Source: a bacterium (GTDB lineage: Bacteria > Arandabacterota > Arandabacteria > Arandabacterales > JALGWA01). Taken from it: 15,065 bases of DNA. A program made the translations under genes and the position numbers. The stretch spans positions 1 through 15,065 of the forward strand of contig JASFEA010000076.1 in NCBI GenBank assembly GCA_050125095.1, written 5' to 3'. Positions 7,781-15,065 of the stretch are shown piece by piece; position 1 is the stretch's first letter, and each line of letters starts with the position of its first letter. The notes under the pieces were generated by a model. It ran no database searches, had not been told where the DNA came from, and saw nothing but the letters and a program-made list of their open reading frames with translations.

Positions 7781-8647
7781 TCAGAGACGGCGTCTTTCAG
7801 ACAGGGCAACATAAACGCCGTAGAGTATTAGCGCCCCTCCCGCCAGCAAGGTGTAACCCGGGACCTCCTTAAAGAAAAGCCAGGCGAGAAGCGCCGAACC
7901 CACGGGCTCGCCCAGCACGAAAATGGTAACGCGTGAGGCCGGCAGGTACTTGAGGGCCCAGTTGAGCGAAGTGTGGCCGAAGACCTGAGGGCCCGCGGCA
8001 AGGAGGGCGAACCAGAGGTAGTTTGCTGGTTCGAAGCCGCTCATCTCATAGCCGCGGCCGAATGCCCAGGCCAGCAGAATGACGGCCGAGGCGGAGTAGG
8101 TGAGAAAAGCATACTCGATATGCCCAAGGCCCCTGCGGAGGTCTCTTCCTATTGTGAAATAGGCCCCCGCCGCCGCCGCTCCCATGAGGGCGTATATGTC
8201 ACCCTTGAGGCTCTCCGCGCCGAGGTTGAAGTCGCCGCGCCCTATTACGAAGCTCCCTGCGAAGCAGATAATGATCGCTAGCGCGGTCCGCCTCGTCAGC
8301 TTCTCGCCAAGTACGAGCCACGCGAAGGCAGATGCGAAGATTGGGCTCGTGGTCACCAGCACGACCGAGCTTGCCACCGACGTGAGCTTTAAGGACTCGA
8401 TCCATGAGAGGAAGTGCAGGGAGAGGAACAAGCCGGAAAGCGCACACAGGCCCAACTGCCGGCGCGTGAGCTGGAGGCCGGGCGCCCGCTTAAGGAAGAA
8501 AGGAAGCAGGATCAGCGAGGCGAAGGAAAGCCGGTAGGCCGCGATCACCGCCGACGGCACCGTACACAGGCGGATCAAGATAGCCGCGAACGAGACCACG
8601 CCTATCGCTAATGGTATGACGACCGCGACCGGCCTCTCAGGCTTCAT
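7781..8647 (-). CDS. EamA/DMT family transporter
   Basis: About 10 hydrophobic segments in two repeats; SFAAILIR, HFLSWIESLKLTSVASSVVLVTTSPIF, LGEK, GPQVFGHTSLNWALKYLPA, LGEPVGSALLAW. Confidence 0.92.
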   Translation of the reverse strand: MKPERPVAVVIPLAIGVVSFAAILIRLCTVPSAVIAAYRLSFASLILLPFFLKRAPGLQLTRRQLGLCALSGLFLSLHFLSWIESLKLTSVASSVVLVTTSPIFASAFAWLVLGEKLTRRTALAIIICFAGSFVIGRGDFNLGAESLKGDIYALMGAAAAGAYFTIGRDLRRGLGHIEYAFLTYSASAVILLAWAFGRGYEMSGFEPANYLWFALLAAGPQVFGHTSLNWALKYLPASRVTIFVLGEPVGSALLAWLFFKEVPGYTLLAGGALILYGVYVALSERRRL

Positions 8648-9182
8648 TCTGCTCTTTCACCTGCCTGAGGTATTCGCATCGGACGTCGCGGAAGAACCTT
8701 AAGGTCTTTACAGTCTTGTAGTCGGGGTATGTCCATTCGAGCGGCCTGTAGCCGCCCTCCCCCTTGACGTAGATGAGCGTGGGCTCGGCGTAATAGCCCT
8801 TGCCGATATAGATGCGGTGGGCAAAGTTCTTTGTCGTCGCGAGCACTACCTGGGCGTCGTCGACATAGCCCGGGTCGATGTTTATGGTGCGCTTGCCGTC
8901 ATCGGCCAGCGCGAGTTCGAGTTCCACGCAGAGATGCTTGGCCTGGGCCAGGAATGCCCTTTCCTTAAGCGGCATGAAGGCAATCCACTTGCGCTTGAGA
9001 TCGGGCCCCATCTCGCTGGCGTAGTATTCGGTGGCATCGAAATCGCGGATGTCGGTTTCGCAGTCCACCTGGCCGAACTCCTTCTTAAGGCGGTCAAGCA
9101 CGCCGCGAACGCATCTCTCCCTGCCGATCAGCCCGCAGAAGAGCTTCACGCGTTTGGGTCTTGCGTTTCTCGGTCTAGCCAT
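8637..9182 (-). CDS. DUF4416-family protein (unknown function)
   Basis: TEYYASEMG, RTINIDPGY, VVLATTKNFAHRIYIGKGYYAE and LEWTYPDY are characteristic of this family from memory. Overlaps both neighbours. Confidence 0.82.
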   Translation of the reverse strand: MARPRNARPKRVKLFCGLIGRERCVRGVLDRLKKEFGQVDCETDIRDFDATEYYASEMGPDLKRKWIAFMPLKERAFLAQAKHLCVELELALADDGKRTINIDPGYVDDAQVVLATTKNFAHRIYIGKGYYAEPTLIYVKGEGGYRPLEWTYPDYKTVKTLRFFRDVRCEYLRQVKEQNEA

Positions 9183-10414
9183 TCTCTTGCCGTCTCTTCC
9201 TGCTTCCTCCAGTGTCCTCTTACTATACCCTGCTGGGCCAGTCTATCAAGTTTTCTTCGCTCATCGCCCGTAAGAAAACGTGGGGCCGCCCCCGAAAGCG
9301 GCGTCCCCGGCAACGGCATAAGGAAATGCATGTTGACCCGCGCCCCCTTGGCGCCCAGCTCCCGGGCGAGATCAAAGGTAGCCTGCCTGTCCTCCGGCTC
9401 TTCCACCGGGAATCCCAGCAGGAGATCTACCGAAGCTTCAAAGCCTCCCGCCCTCACCACATCAAGGGCCCGGCGGATGTCGTCCACCGCGTGCCCGCGT
9501 TTGAGCCACCTGAGCACGCGGTCGCTTCCGGACTGCCCGCCTATGACGAGGCTCTCGTTACATACGTGTTTCTTGAGCACGGCTACGGCCTCCGGCGTTA
9601 CGTAGTCCGGTCGCACTTCAGAGGGGAAGGACCCCAGGTAGACCCGAGCGCCGTGGCAGGAGGCCCGCACCCTGCCCAGCATTTCATCAAGGGCTGCGGG
9701 CTCGGCTCTGCCCGGCCGGGTCGAGCCGTAAGCCAATGCGTTCGGGAGGAGAAGCCTGACGTCTCTCATCTCCCACTTGACGTAATGCCGGGCCATATCT
9801 TCTATGAGCTCCGGGCTCCTGAACCTCTCGGTGGGCCCGAATATGCGCGGTGTCTGGCAATAAGCGCAGCCCCAGCGGCACCCGCGCCCGACCTCAATAT
9901 ACGTGGGGAAGCGCACCCGCCGGGGAAGCGGGTCGAACCCGTCGAGGTCGGCCGAATCCTCGCGCGCCCTGCCCACGACCTCGCCGTCGCGCAGCTCAAA
10001 CACCCCTCCTATGCCTTCAATCTCCAGCCCGGTGGCGGCGCAATCGAATATGTCCCGAATGGCCTCTTCCCCCTCACCCATGCAGCAGTAGTCGAATCCA
10101 GCCTCAAGGGCGCCCCGGGGGTCGCCGCTCGCATGGGGACCGCCTATGATGCTCCGGAAGGCGCCCCCGTGCCGCTCCTTAAGAGCGGCGAGCGCCTCGG
10201 CGCGCCCAGGGAAATTGCGGGTCATGGCGGACATGCATATGAACTCCACGATGTCCGGATCGAAGTCGATCTCGCGGAGCCGCTCATAGGGAACGGCGCG
10301 GATGACCCGGGCACAGTCTTCGCCCGAGACGGAGTCGAGAGAGGCGATAAGCGCCGCGACCGCCGTGCGGCAGGCGCGGTCGAAAGCGAAGGTGAATCTT
10401 ACTTTGCTTTTCAT
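9146..10414 (-). CDS. B12-binding domain / radical SAM protein (TIGR04013, MJ_1487-like)
   Basis: IIGGPHASGDP and GEGEE (cobalamin-binding domain); IEVGRGCRWGCAYCQTPRIFG (CxxxCxxC); PNALAYG, GSFPSEVRPD, IGGQSGSDRVL, FLMPLPGTP. Confidence 0.88.
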   Translation of the reverse strand: MKSKVRFTFAFDRACRTAVAALIASLDSVSGEDCARVIRAVPYERLREIDFDPDIVEFICMSAMTRNFPGRAEALAALKERHGGAFRSIIGGPHASGDPRGALEAGFDYCCMGEGEEAIRDIFDCAATGLEIEGIGGVFELRDGEVVGRAREDSADLDGFDPLPRRVRFPTYIEVGRGCRWGCAYCQTPRIFGPTERFRSPELIEDMARHYVKWEMRDVRLLLPNALAYGSTRPGRAEPAALDEMLGRVRASCHGARVYLGSFPSEVRPDYVTPEAVAVLKKHVCNESLVIGGQSGSDRVLRWLKRGHAVDDIRRALDVVRAGGFEASVDLLLGFPVEEPEDRQATFDLARELGAKGARVNMHFLMPLPGTPLSGAAPRFLTGDERRKLDRLAQQGIVRGHWRKQEETAREWLDRETQDPNA

Positions 10415-10437
10415 CCGCTGTGGAGCCGGGCCGCCTT

Positions 10438-12276
10438 TTAACCCTTCTCTTTCACGAGCTTGTCGAGACCGAGCTCTTTGAGCTTCTTATCCGTCGGTAC
10501 GCCGTCCTTCGTCCAGCCCCGGCGGCTGTAATAGTCGTCGAGCATGATGTCTATCTTCTCCTGGGGAAGCACGGCCCCTTTTGTAGGTCCCGAGAGAATA
10601 GGCTCCCTGGTTATGCGGTTCGGGGGGAGGTCGTATGCCCGGCCGAAGTCGGGGAACTCCCTCACCCAGAACATGCGCGTGAGATTCCAGACGCGCTCGG
10701 ATATCTTGTATAGATCCTCCACCTTGTAGTCCAGCCCCGTCGCGCATCTGAAGGCCTCGGCGTAATCCTCAACGGGAAGCTCCATCTCGATCCACGGCAG
10801 CCGGCACACGCCGAGGGTGTCGAACAGCGGCCTGGTGTGCTGAAGCTCGATAACCTTCTCGGCCTTGCCCTCAGTGGCCTCCCTGCCCGTGCGGAGGTCG
10901 TGTGTCACAGCCCATGACGGCCTGTGATGGGCCCCGATATCCGAGGTCATATAGGAAAGCTGCATGGCAGGCGCGCGCCTGGACTCGTAACCGCTCTGCT
11001 CGAGCCCCTTCATCTGGATTGCGAAGTCAGTTGAGCCCTTGCCGAGCTTAAGGGCAGCAGCGCGGCTTCCTTCGGCCAGCACATCACCTATATGCTCGCG
11101 GTAGGAGATCATGCGAATGAGCTCGAACACGGCCTTGGGGTCGCCCCAGGTGAGCTTCAGGCCCCCCGTGTCCTTCTCGGTGATTATGCCCTTTTCGAAA
11201 CACTCTATCGCGAAGCCCATGATGCTGCCGCCCGATATGGTATCAATGCCGTAGTCGTCGCACAGGAAATTGGCATAGGCGATGTCCTTGATGTTGCCCA
11301 GCGCGCAGCAGCCGCCGATCATCGCGGTAGTCTCGTACTCGGGCCCCTCGACATAGCACTCGTAGTCGGCGGTCTTGGCATGCGCGTATTTGCCGCAGCA
11401 CATCGCGCATGAGAAACAGGCCTTGTTGTGAATCACGATCTCCCGGTGCATGACCGGGCCCGCAATGTTGGTGAAGAGCTCGAAGTAGCCCGACTGGAAG
11501 TTCCTGGTGGGAAACGCGCCTATGCGGTTGGACCAGTTGACGACGGATGACGTGCCGTAAGTCTGCCAGAGCTCGAAGGCCGGGTGCTGCACCGACTTCC
11601 TGTACATCTCCCTTCCGACCTTCATCAGGCCGGCTACGTCCACCACGGGTATGGCCTTGCTGCCGCGGACGCAGACCGCCTTGAGCTTCTTGGAGCCCAT
11701 CACGGCGCCCAGGCCCGTGCGGCCCGCCTGGCGGCCGTAGTCATGCGAGATGCAGGCTATCTTCACGAGGTTCTCGCCGGCCGGTCCTATGACGCAGGCC
11801 TGGAAGTCGTCCCCGTGCTGGTCGTCGAGCGCCTTCTCGGAGTCGAAAGAGCCCTTGCCCCATAGCCCGGAGGCGTCTTCAAGCGTGACTTCGTCATCGT
11901 CGATCAGTATATAGACGGGCCTGTCGCTTCTTCCCTCCACGATGATCATGTCGTAGCCCGCCATCTTGAGCTCGACCGGGAAATGGCCGCCGAAATTGGC
12001 CTCGGCATAACCGCCGGTGAGCGGGGATTTGCCGCCCACGTGGGCCTTGCCCGTCGAAGGTATGAAAAGGCCCGTGAGGGGGCCCGTGGCGATCATGAGC
12101 TTGGCGTCTTCGCCCAGGGGGTCCGCTCCCCTGGGCACTTCGTTATAAAGCGTGTGCGCGATGAAGCCCCTGGCGCCCACGAAATTCTTGATGAGGGCCT
12201 CGGGCGTCGGCTCCTTCATGACTTCACCCGATGAGAGGTTCACCCTGAGGATTTTGCCTGCATAGCCGCCTTTCAC
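10438..12276 (-). CDS. aor: Aldehyde:ferredoxin oxidoreductase family protein (tungstopterin, AOR family)
   Basis: GYAGKILRVNLS, KSPLTGG, CVIGPAGENLV, AGRTGLGAVMGSKKLKA, CFSCAMCC, EGPEYET, CDDYGIDTIS, DTLGVC, YYSRRGW. GTG start after GGAGG. Confidence 0.94.
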   Translation of the reverse strand: MKGGYAGKILRVNLSSGEVMKEPTPEALIKNFVGARGFIAHTLYNEVPRGADPLGEDAKLMIATGPLTGLFIPSTGKAHVGGKSPLTGGYAEANFGGHFPVELKMAGYDMIIVEGRSDRPVYILIDDDEVTLEDASGLWGKGSFDSEKALDDQHGDDFQACVIGPAGENLVKIACISHDYGRQAGRTGLGAVMGSKKLKAVCVRGSKAIPVVDVAGLMKVGREMYRKSVQHPAFELWQTYGTSSVVNWSNRIGAFPTRNFQSGYFELFTNIAGPVMHREIVIHNKACFSCAMCCGKYAHAKTADYECYVEGPEYETTAMIGGCCALGNIKDIAYANFLCDDYGIDTISGGSIMGFAIECFEKGIITEKDTGGLKLTWGDPKAVFELIRMISYREHIGDVLAEGSRAAALKLGKGSTDFAIQMKGLEQSGYESRRAPAMQLSYMTSDIGAHHRPSWAVTHDLRTGREATEGKAEKVIELQHTRPLFDTLGVCRLPWIEMELPVEDYAEAFRCATGLDYKVEDLYKISERVWNLTRMFWVREFPDFGRAYDLPPNRITREPILSGPTKGAVLPQEKIDIMLDDYYSRRGWTKDGVPTDKKLKELGLDKLVKEKG

Positions 12277-12292
12277 AACTGGCCTCCGTCTT

Positions 12293-12676
12293 CTACTGGC
12301 GCCAGAAGAGCGCCTTGGTTGGACATATTTCCACGCATTCGCCGCAGAGATCGCATATGAACGGTATCTTGAATTCGCGGTGCACGAATATGGCGCCGAA
12401 CGGGCACGCGTCCACGCAGACCTGGCAGTAGTCGCACTTGTCCTCGTCGATCCTGATGACCCCGTCCACGTTGCTTATGGCGCCCTGCGGGCAGGCCTCG
12501 ATGCACTTACCGCACTGGGTGCATATACTTATCCTGTATCCACCCGGCTCCGGGAATTGCCCCTTGATACCTATCGCGGCTTTCTTGGGATTGTTCTCGT
12601 TGTAATGGCATAGCGCGCACACGAGCTGGCAGGTCCTGCAGCCGGTGCACCTGCTTTCGTCTTTGCTGATTTTCAA
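12293..12676 (-). CDS. 4Fe-4S dicluster (polyferredoxin) protein, probable AOR electron-transfer subunit
   Basis: CTGCRTCQLVC, CTQCGKCIEACP, CDYCQVCVDACP, CDLCGECVEICP. TTG 12676 is 8 nt after GGAGG (12689-12685); start uncertain, alternatives up to 12739. Confidence 0.9.
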   Translation of the reverse strand: MKISKDESRCTGCRTCQLVCALCHYNENNPKKAAIGIKGQFPEPGGYRISICTQCGKCIEACPQGAISNVDGVIRIDEDKCDYCQVCVDACPFGAIFVHREFKIPFICDLCGECVEICPTKALFWRQ

Positions 12677-12722
12677 GACCAAACCCTCCATGTTCATTCG
12701 GATTTGAGAGAGTCTAGCACAC

Positions 12723-14234
12723 CTATTGTCCCGCGTCAACGCCCGCGGCCTTTGCGTCGCCTGCCGCGGCGTCGCCTGTCAGGGCCGGCACCGGAGGCGG
12801 AGTTGTAAGCAGGCTCACCACTATGACCGCTATTGAACTTACGACCACTCCGGGGATGAGCACATAGAGGAACTCCTTGAGCGCGGGTATATTCTCCCAC
12901 ACTATGACCGTCGCCGCTCCGCTGAGCATTCCGGCGAGCGCACCCGCCCTGGTGACACGCTTCCAGTAAAGCGACAGCACGATCACCGGCCCGAACGCCG
13001 ACGCGAGCCCGCCCCATGCATACAGCACGAGCCAGAACACGACGCCCACCGGGTTCTCGGGGTCCTGCCTCAGCGCGATTACCATGCCGAGGACGCCGAT
13101 GCCCAGAGTCACGAGCCTGCTCAGGAGAACAAGCGTGGACTGGCTCGGTTTCCTCCCGAAAGTCTTATGATAGAAATCCTGCACGAATGACGATGATGCC
13201 ACCAGGAGCTGGCTGTCGGCGGTAGACATGATGGCGGCCATGGCGGCCGCGATCATGATGCCGGCAATCCAGGAGGGCAATAGCTCCATGGCCATGAGGG
13301 GCAGGACGCGCTCCGGGTCCCCCACGTCTCCCGACAGTATGCCCCTGGCCAGGAGCCCGACCAGCACGGCGCCGTAAAGGGCGATCGCCGCCCATATTAT
13401 GCCGATCAGGGCGCCCTTTCTTATAAGCGACGGCCTCTTTATGGCCATGAACCTCACGAGCACATGGGGCTGGCCCGGGTAGCCGAGACCTATTCCCAGC
13501 ATGCCGATGATGAAAGTCGCGAGGGCTATCCCCTCCCTGCCCACTCTCATGCTCATGAACCCCGACGTGTCGGCGGCGCATTCGGCGAGCCTCGCGACTA
13601 CCGCGCCGGGGCCGCCGAGCTTTATGGTCCCTACCACGGGGATAACGACCAGGCCGATTATCATCATCACGGCCTGGACGACATCCGTCCAGGCGACGGC
13701 GAAGAATCCGCCCATCATGGTGTAAAAAAGTATGACGGCCGAACCCACCAGAACGGCCGGCACATAGTCTATTCCGAACGTGACGCTCAGGGCCTTACCC
13801 GAGGCCACCAGCTGGGCCGCGACATAGGATGTCATGAAAACGCCGATAAGCAGGGCGGCCACGACGCGCAGAGTGTGGCTCCTGTCATCGAACCGCGACT
13901 CAAGGTAGTCGGGTATTGTGATGGCCCTGAAGAAGCCCGTTATCTTCCTCAGCCTCCTTGCCACAGCGGTCCAGTTAAAAAACGTGCCCGCGAGGCAACC
14001 GAACGCGACCCAGAAGGCCCCGACCCCCATGCTGAAGGCCTGGCCCGGAAGCCCGAGGAGAAGCCAGCCGCTCTCCGAGCTCGCCTCCGCGGAGAGCGCC
14101 GTGACCCACGGATTGAGCCTGCGCCCCGCCAGATAATAGTCGTCATGCGTGTGCATCATCCGGTAGGTGATGATTCCGACTCCGATCAGCACAATCAGGT
14201 AGACCAGAAATGCCATGAGAAGCCCGATGTCCAT
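12723..14234 (-). CDS. putP: Sodium:solute symporter, PutP (Na+/proline)-like
   Basis: DYYLAGRRL, SGWLLLGLPG, TIPDYLESRF, GGFFAVAWTDVVQ, GLGYPGQPHVLVRFM, AAIMSTADSQLL, AWGGLASAFGP. ATG 14234 follows GAGGAGG; the track's extension to 14327 is an alternative frame of the upstream small ORF. Confidence 0.9.
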   Translation of the reverse strand: MDIGLLMAFLVYLIVLIGVGIITYRMMHTHDDYYLAGRRLNPWVTALSAEASSESGWLLLGLPGQAFSMGVGAFWVAFGCLAGTFFNWTAVARRLRKITGFFRAITIPDYLESRFDDRSHTLRVVAALLIGVFMTSYVAAQLVASGKALSVTFGIDYVPAVLVGSAVILFYTMMGGFFAVAWTDVVQAVMMIIGLVVIPVVGTIKLGGPGAVVARLAECAADTSGFMSMRVGREGIALATFIIGMLGIGLGYPGQPHVLVRFMAIKRPSLIRKGALIGIIWAAIALYGAVLVGLLARGILSGDVGDPERVLPLMAMELLPSWIAGIMIAAAMAAIMSTADSQLLVASSSFVQDFYHKTFGRKPSQSTLVLLSRLVTLGIGVLGMVIALRQDPENPVGVVFWLVLYAWGGLASAFGPVIVLSLYWKRVTRAGALAGMLSGAATVIVWENIPALKEFLYVLIPGVVVSSIAVIVVSLLTTPPPVPALTGDAAAGDAKAAGVDAGQ

Positions 14235-14235
14235 T

Positions 14236-14343
14236 TCAGTCCTCCTCGGTTGTGGCGAAGTAAAAGACGATGACGGCGATGACGAAGCCAACCGGGGGCA
14301 GAGCGATGAGAATAAGCGTGCCAGCATGCAGACACTCGGACAT
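14236..14343 (-). CDS. Small single-TM membrane protein (35 aa), putative symporter accessory protein
   Basis: MSECLHAGTLILIALPPVGFVIAVIVFYFATTEED*; RBS GAGGAGGG just upstream of ATG 14343; TGA ends 1 nt before the putP ATG; first ORF after the promoter. Confidence 0.8.
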   Translation of the reverse strand: MSECLHAGTLILIALPPVGFVIAVIVFYFATTEED

Positions 14344-14382
14344 ATTCCCTCCTCACTTTGCGTTCATAGGCTTAACGCCTCC

Positions 14383-14411
14383 ACTCTACCAGCCGTTATC
14401 CGAAGCGTCAA
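14383..14411 (-). promoter_or_regulatory. Putative sigma70 promoter for small ORF-putP-aor block
   Basis: Minus strand TTGACG (14411-14406), 17 nt, TGn-extended TAGAGT (14388-14383). Confidence 0.68.
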
Positions 14412-14414
14412 CAC

Positions 14415-14557
14415 TGGGGTCAGGTCTTGAAATGCACAACACACTCAGCGCAGGCGCGAAGGCGTTCCGACAAGGCTTCGTGTTGTAAAGAAGCCGCCGG
14501 CGGATCGCCGAGTATCCGCAGAAGGCCAACCGCTGTGCATTTCAAGACCTGACCCCA
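14415..14557. repeat. 143-bp element bounded by perfect 24-bp inverted repeats (REPIN/MITE-like)
   Basis: TGGGGTCAGGTCTTGAAATGCACA (14415-14438) and its exact reverse complement (14534-14557), with a 95-bp spacer and no obvious target-site duplication. Confidence 0.85.
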
Positions 14558-14567
14558 AAATGCACTC

Positions 14568-14596
14568 TTGACCCCCGACGCCCGGTCGGATAACAT
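14568..14596 (+). promoter_or_regulatory. Putative sigma70 promoter for acyl-CoA dehydrogenase
   Basis: TTGACC (14568-14573), 17 nt, TAACAT (14591-14596). Confidence 0.6.
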
Positions 14597-14628
14597 CTAT
14601 CCACTCAAGCCGAAACGGAGGGCAGGAA

Positions 14629-15065
14629 TTGGACTACGGACTCACCCAAGAGCAAGAAAAACTCGTCGCCACCACCAGGAGCATTGCCCGGGAACACATG
14701 AAGCCCGTGCGCCAGCAGTATGACGCCGACGAGACCTTCCCCTGGGACGTTGTGAAGGTCCTGGCCGAGGCCGGCCTGTTCGGAGTCTATATCCCGGCCG
14801 AATACGGCGGAACGGGGCAGGGAGTGATGGAGCTCGTGCTCGTGGTGGAGGAGCTCTCGCGAGTGGACGGCGGCATAGCCCTCTGCCTTGCCGGCACCGC
14901 GCTCGGAACCTATCCCATACTTATTATGGGAAACGATGAACAGAAGAAGAGGTACCTGCCGCCGTTGGCGCGCGGCGAGAAGCTGGCAGCCTTCGCTCTC
15001 ACCGAGGCCGATGCCGGGAGCGCGGCGACCGAAATGAAAACCACCGCGGACAAGGACGGCGACTC
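14629..15065 (+). CDS. Acyl-CoA dehydrogenase, 5' part (runs off window)
   Basis: Not in the ORF track. From TTG 14629 (GGAGG upstream): [12 protein letters not shown]...[25 protein letters not shown]...EELSRVDGG...[31 protein letters not shown]. Confidence 0.93.
   Translation, partial: MDYGLTQEQEKLVATTRSIAREHMKPVRQQYDADETFPWDVVKVLAEAGLFGVYIPAEYGGTGQGVMELVLVVEELSRVDGGIALCLAGTALGTYPILIMGNDEQKKRYLPPLARGEKLAAFALTEADAGSAATEMKTTADKDGD

Noticed and set aside
12605-12619. CxxCH (CALCH) haem motif in the FeS protein
   Set aside because: No signal peptide, and the first Cys belongs to a ferredoxin cluster motif; likely coincidental.
14235-14327. N-terminal extension of PutP (MLARLFSSLCPR...) given in the ORF track
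   Set aside because: Ser-rich off-frame reading of the 35-aa small ORF; a strong RBS precedes ATG 14234.
14415-14557. CRISPR repeat or riboswitch interpretation of the 24-bp repeats
   Set aside because: Only two copies, in inverted orientation, with no cas genes; the element lies upstream of both predicted promoters and so outside either 5' UTR.

Overview
High-GC bacterial chromosomal window, mostly on the minus strand. The left block reads pyruvate kinase (pyk), protein-L-isoaspartate O-methyltransferase (pcm), a bacterial aeRF1-like release-factor homologue, and an efflux membrane-fusion protein that runs off the window. The centre holds a secreted protein with a FlgD-Ig/T9SS-like C-terminal domain. 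Transcribed divergently from it are two tandem, gaplessly alignable Cys/Tyr-rich secreted paralogues (~75% identical mature parts by hand count) that both end in PTxVEPT[TS]WGNIKSxYR. The right block is an apparent operon: a 35-aa membrane protein absent from the ORF track, a PutP-like Na+/solute symporter, a 4x[4Fe-4S] protein, a W-type aldehyde:ferredoxin oxidoreductase, a B12-binding radical SAM protein, a DUF4416-like protein and an EamA/DMT transporter. A divergent acyl-CoA dehydrogenase runs off the right end. A 143-bp element with perfect 24-bp terminal inverted repeats lies between the two divergent promoters. The best novelty candidate is the secreted paralogue pair with its putative short C-terminal sorting signal. 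Family names come from motif recognition only; no searches were run.
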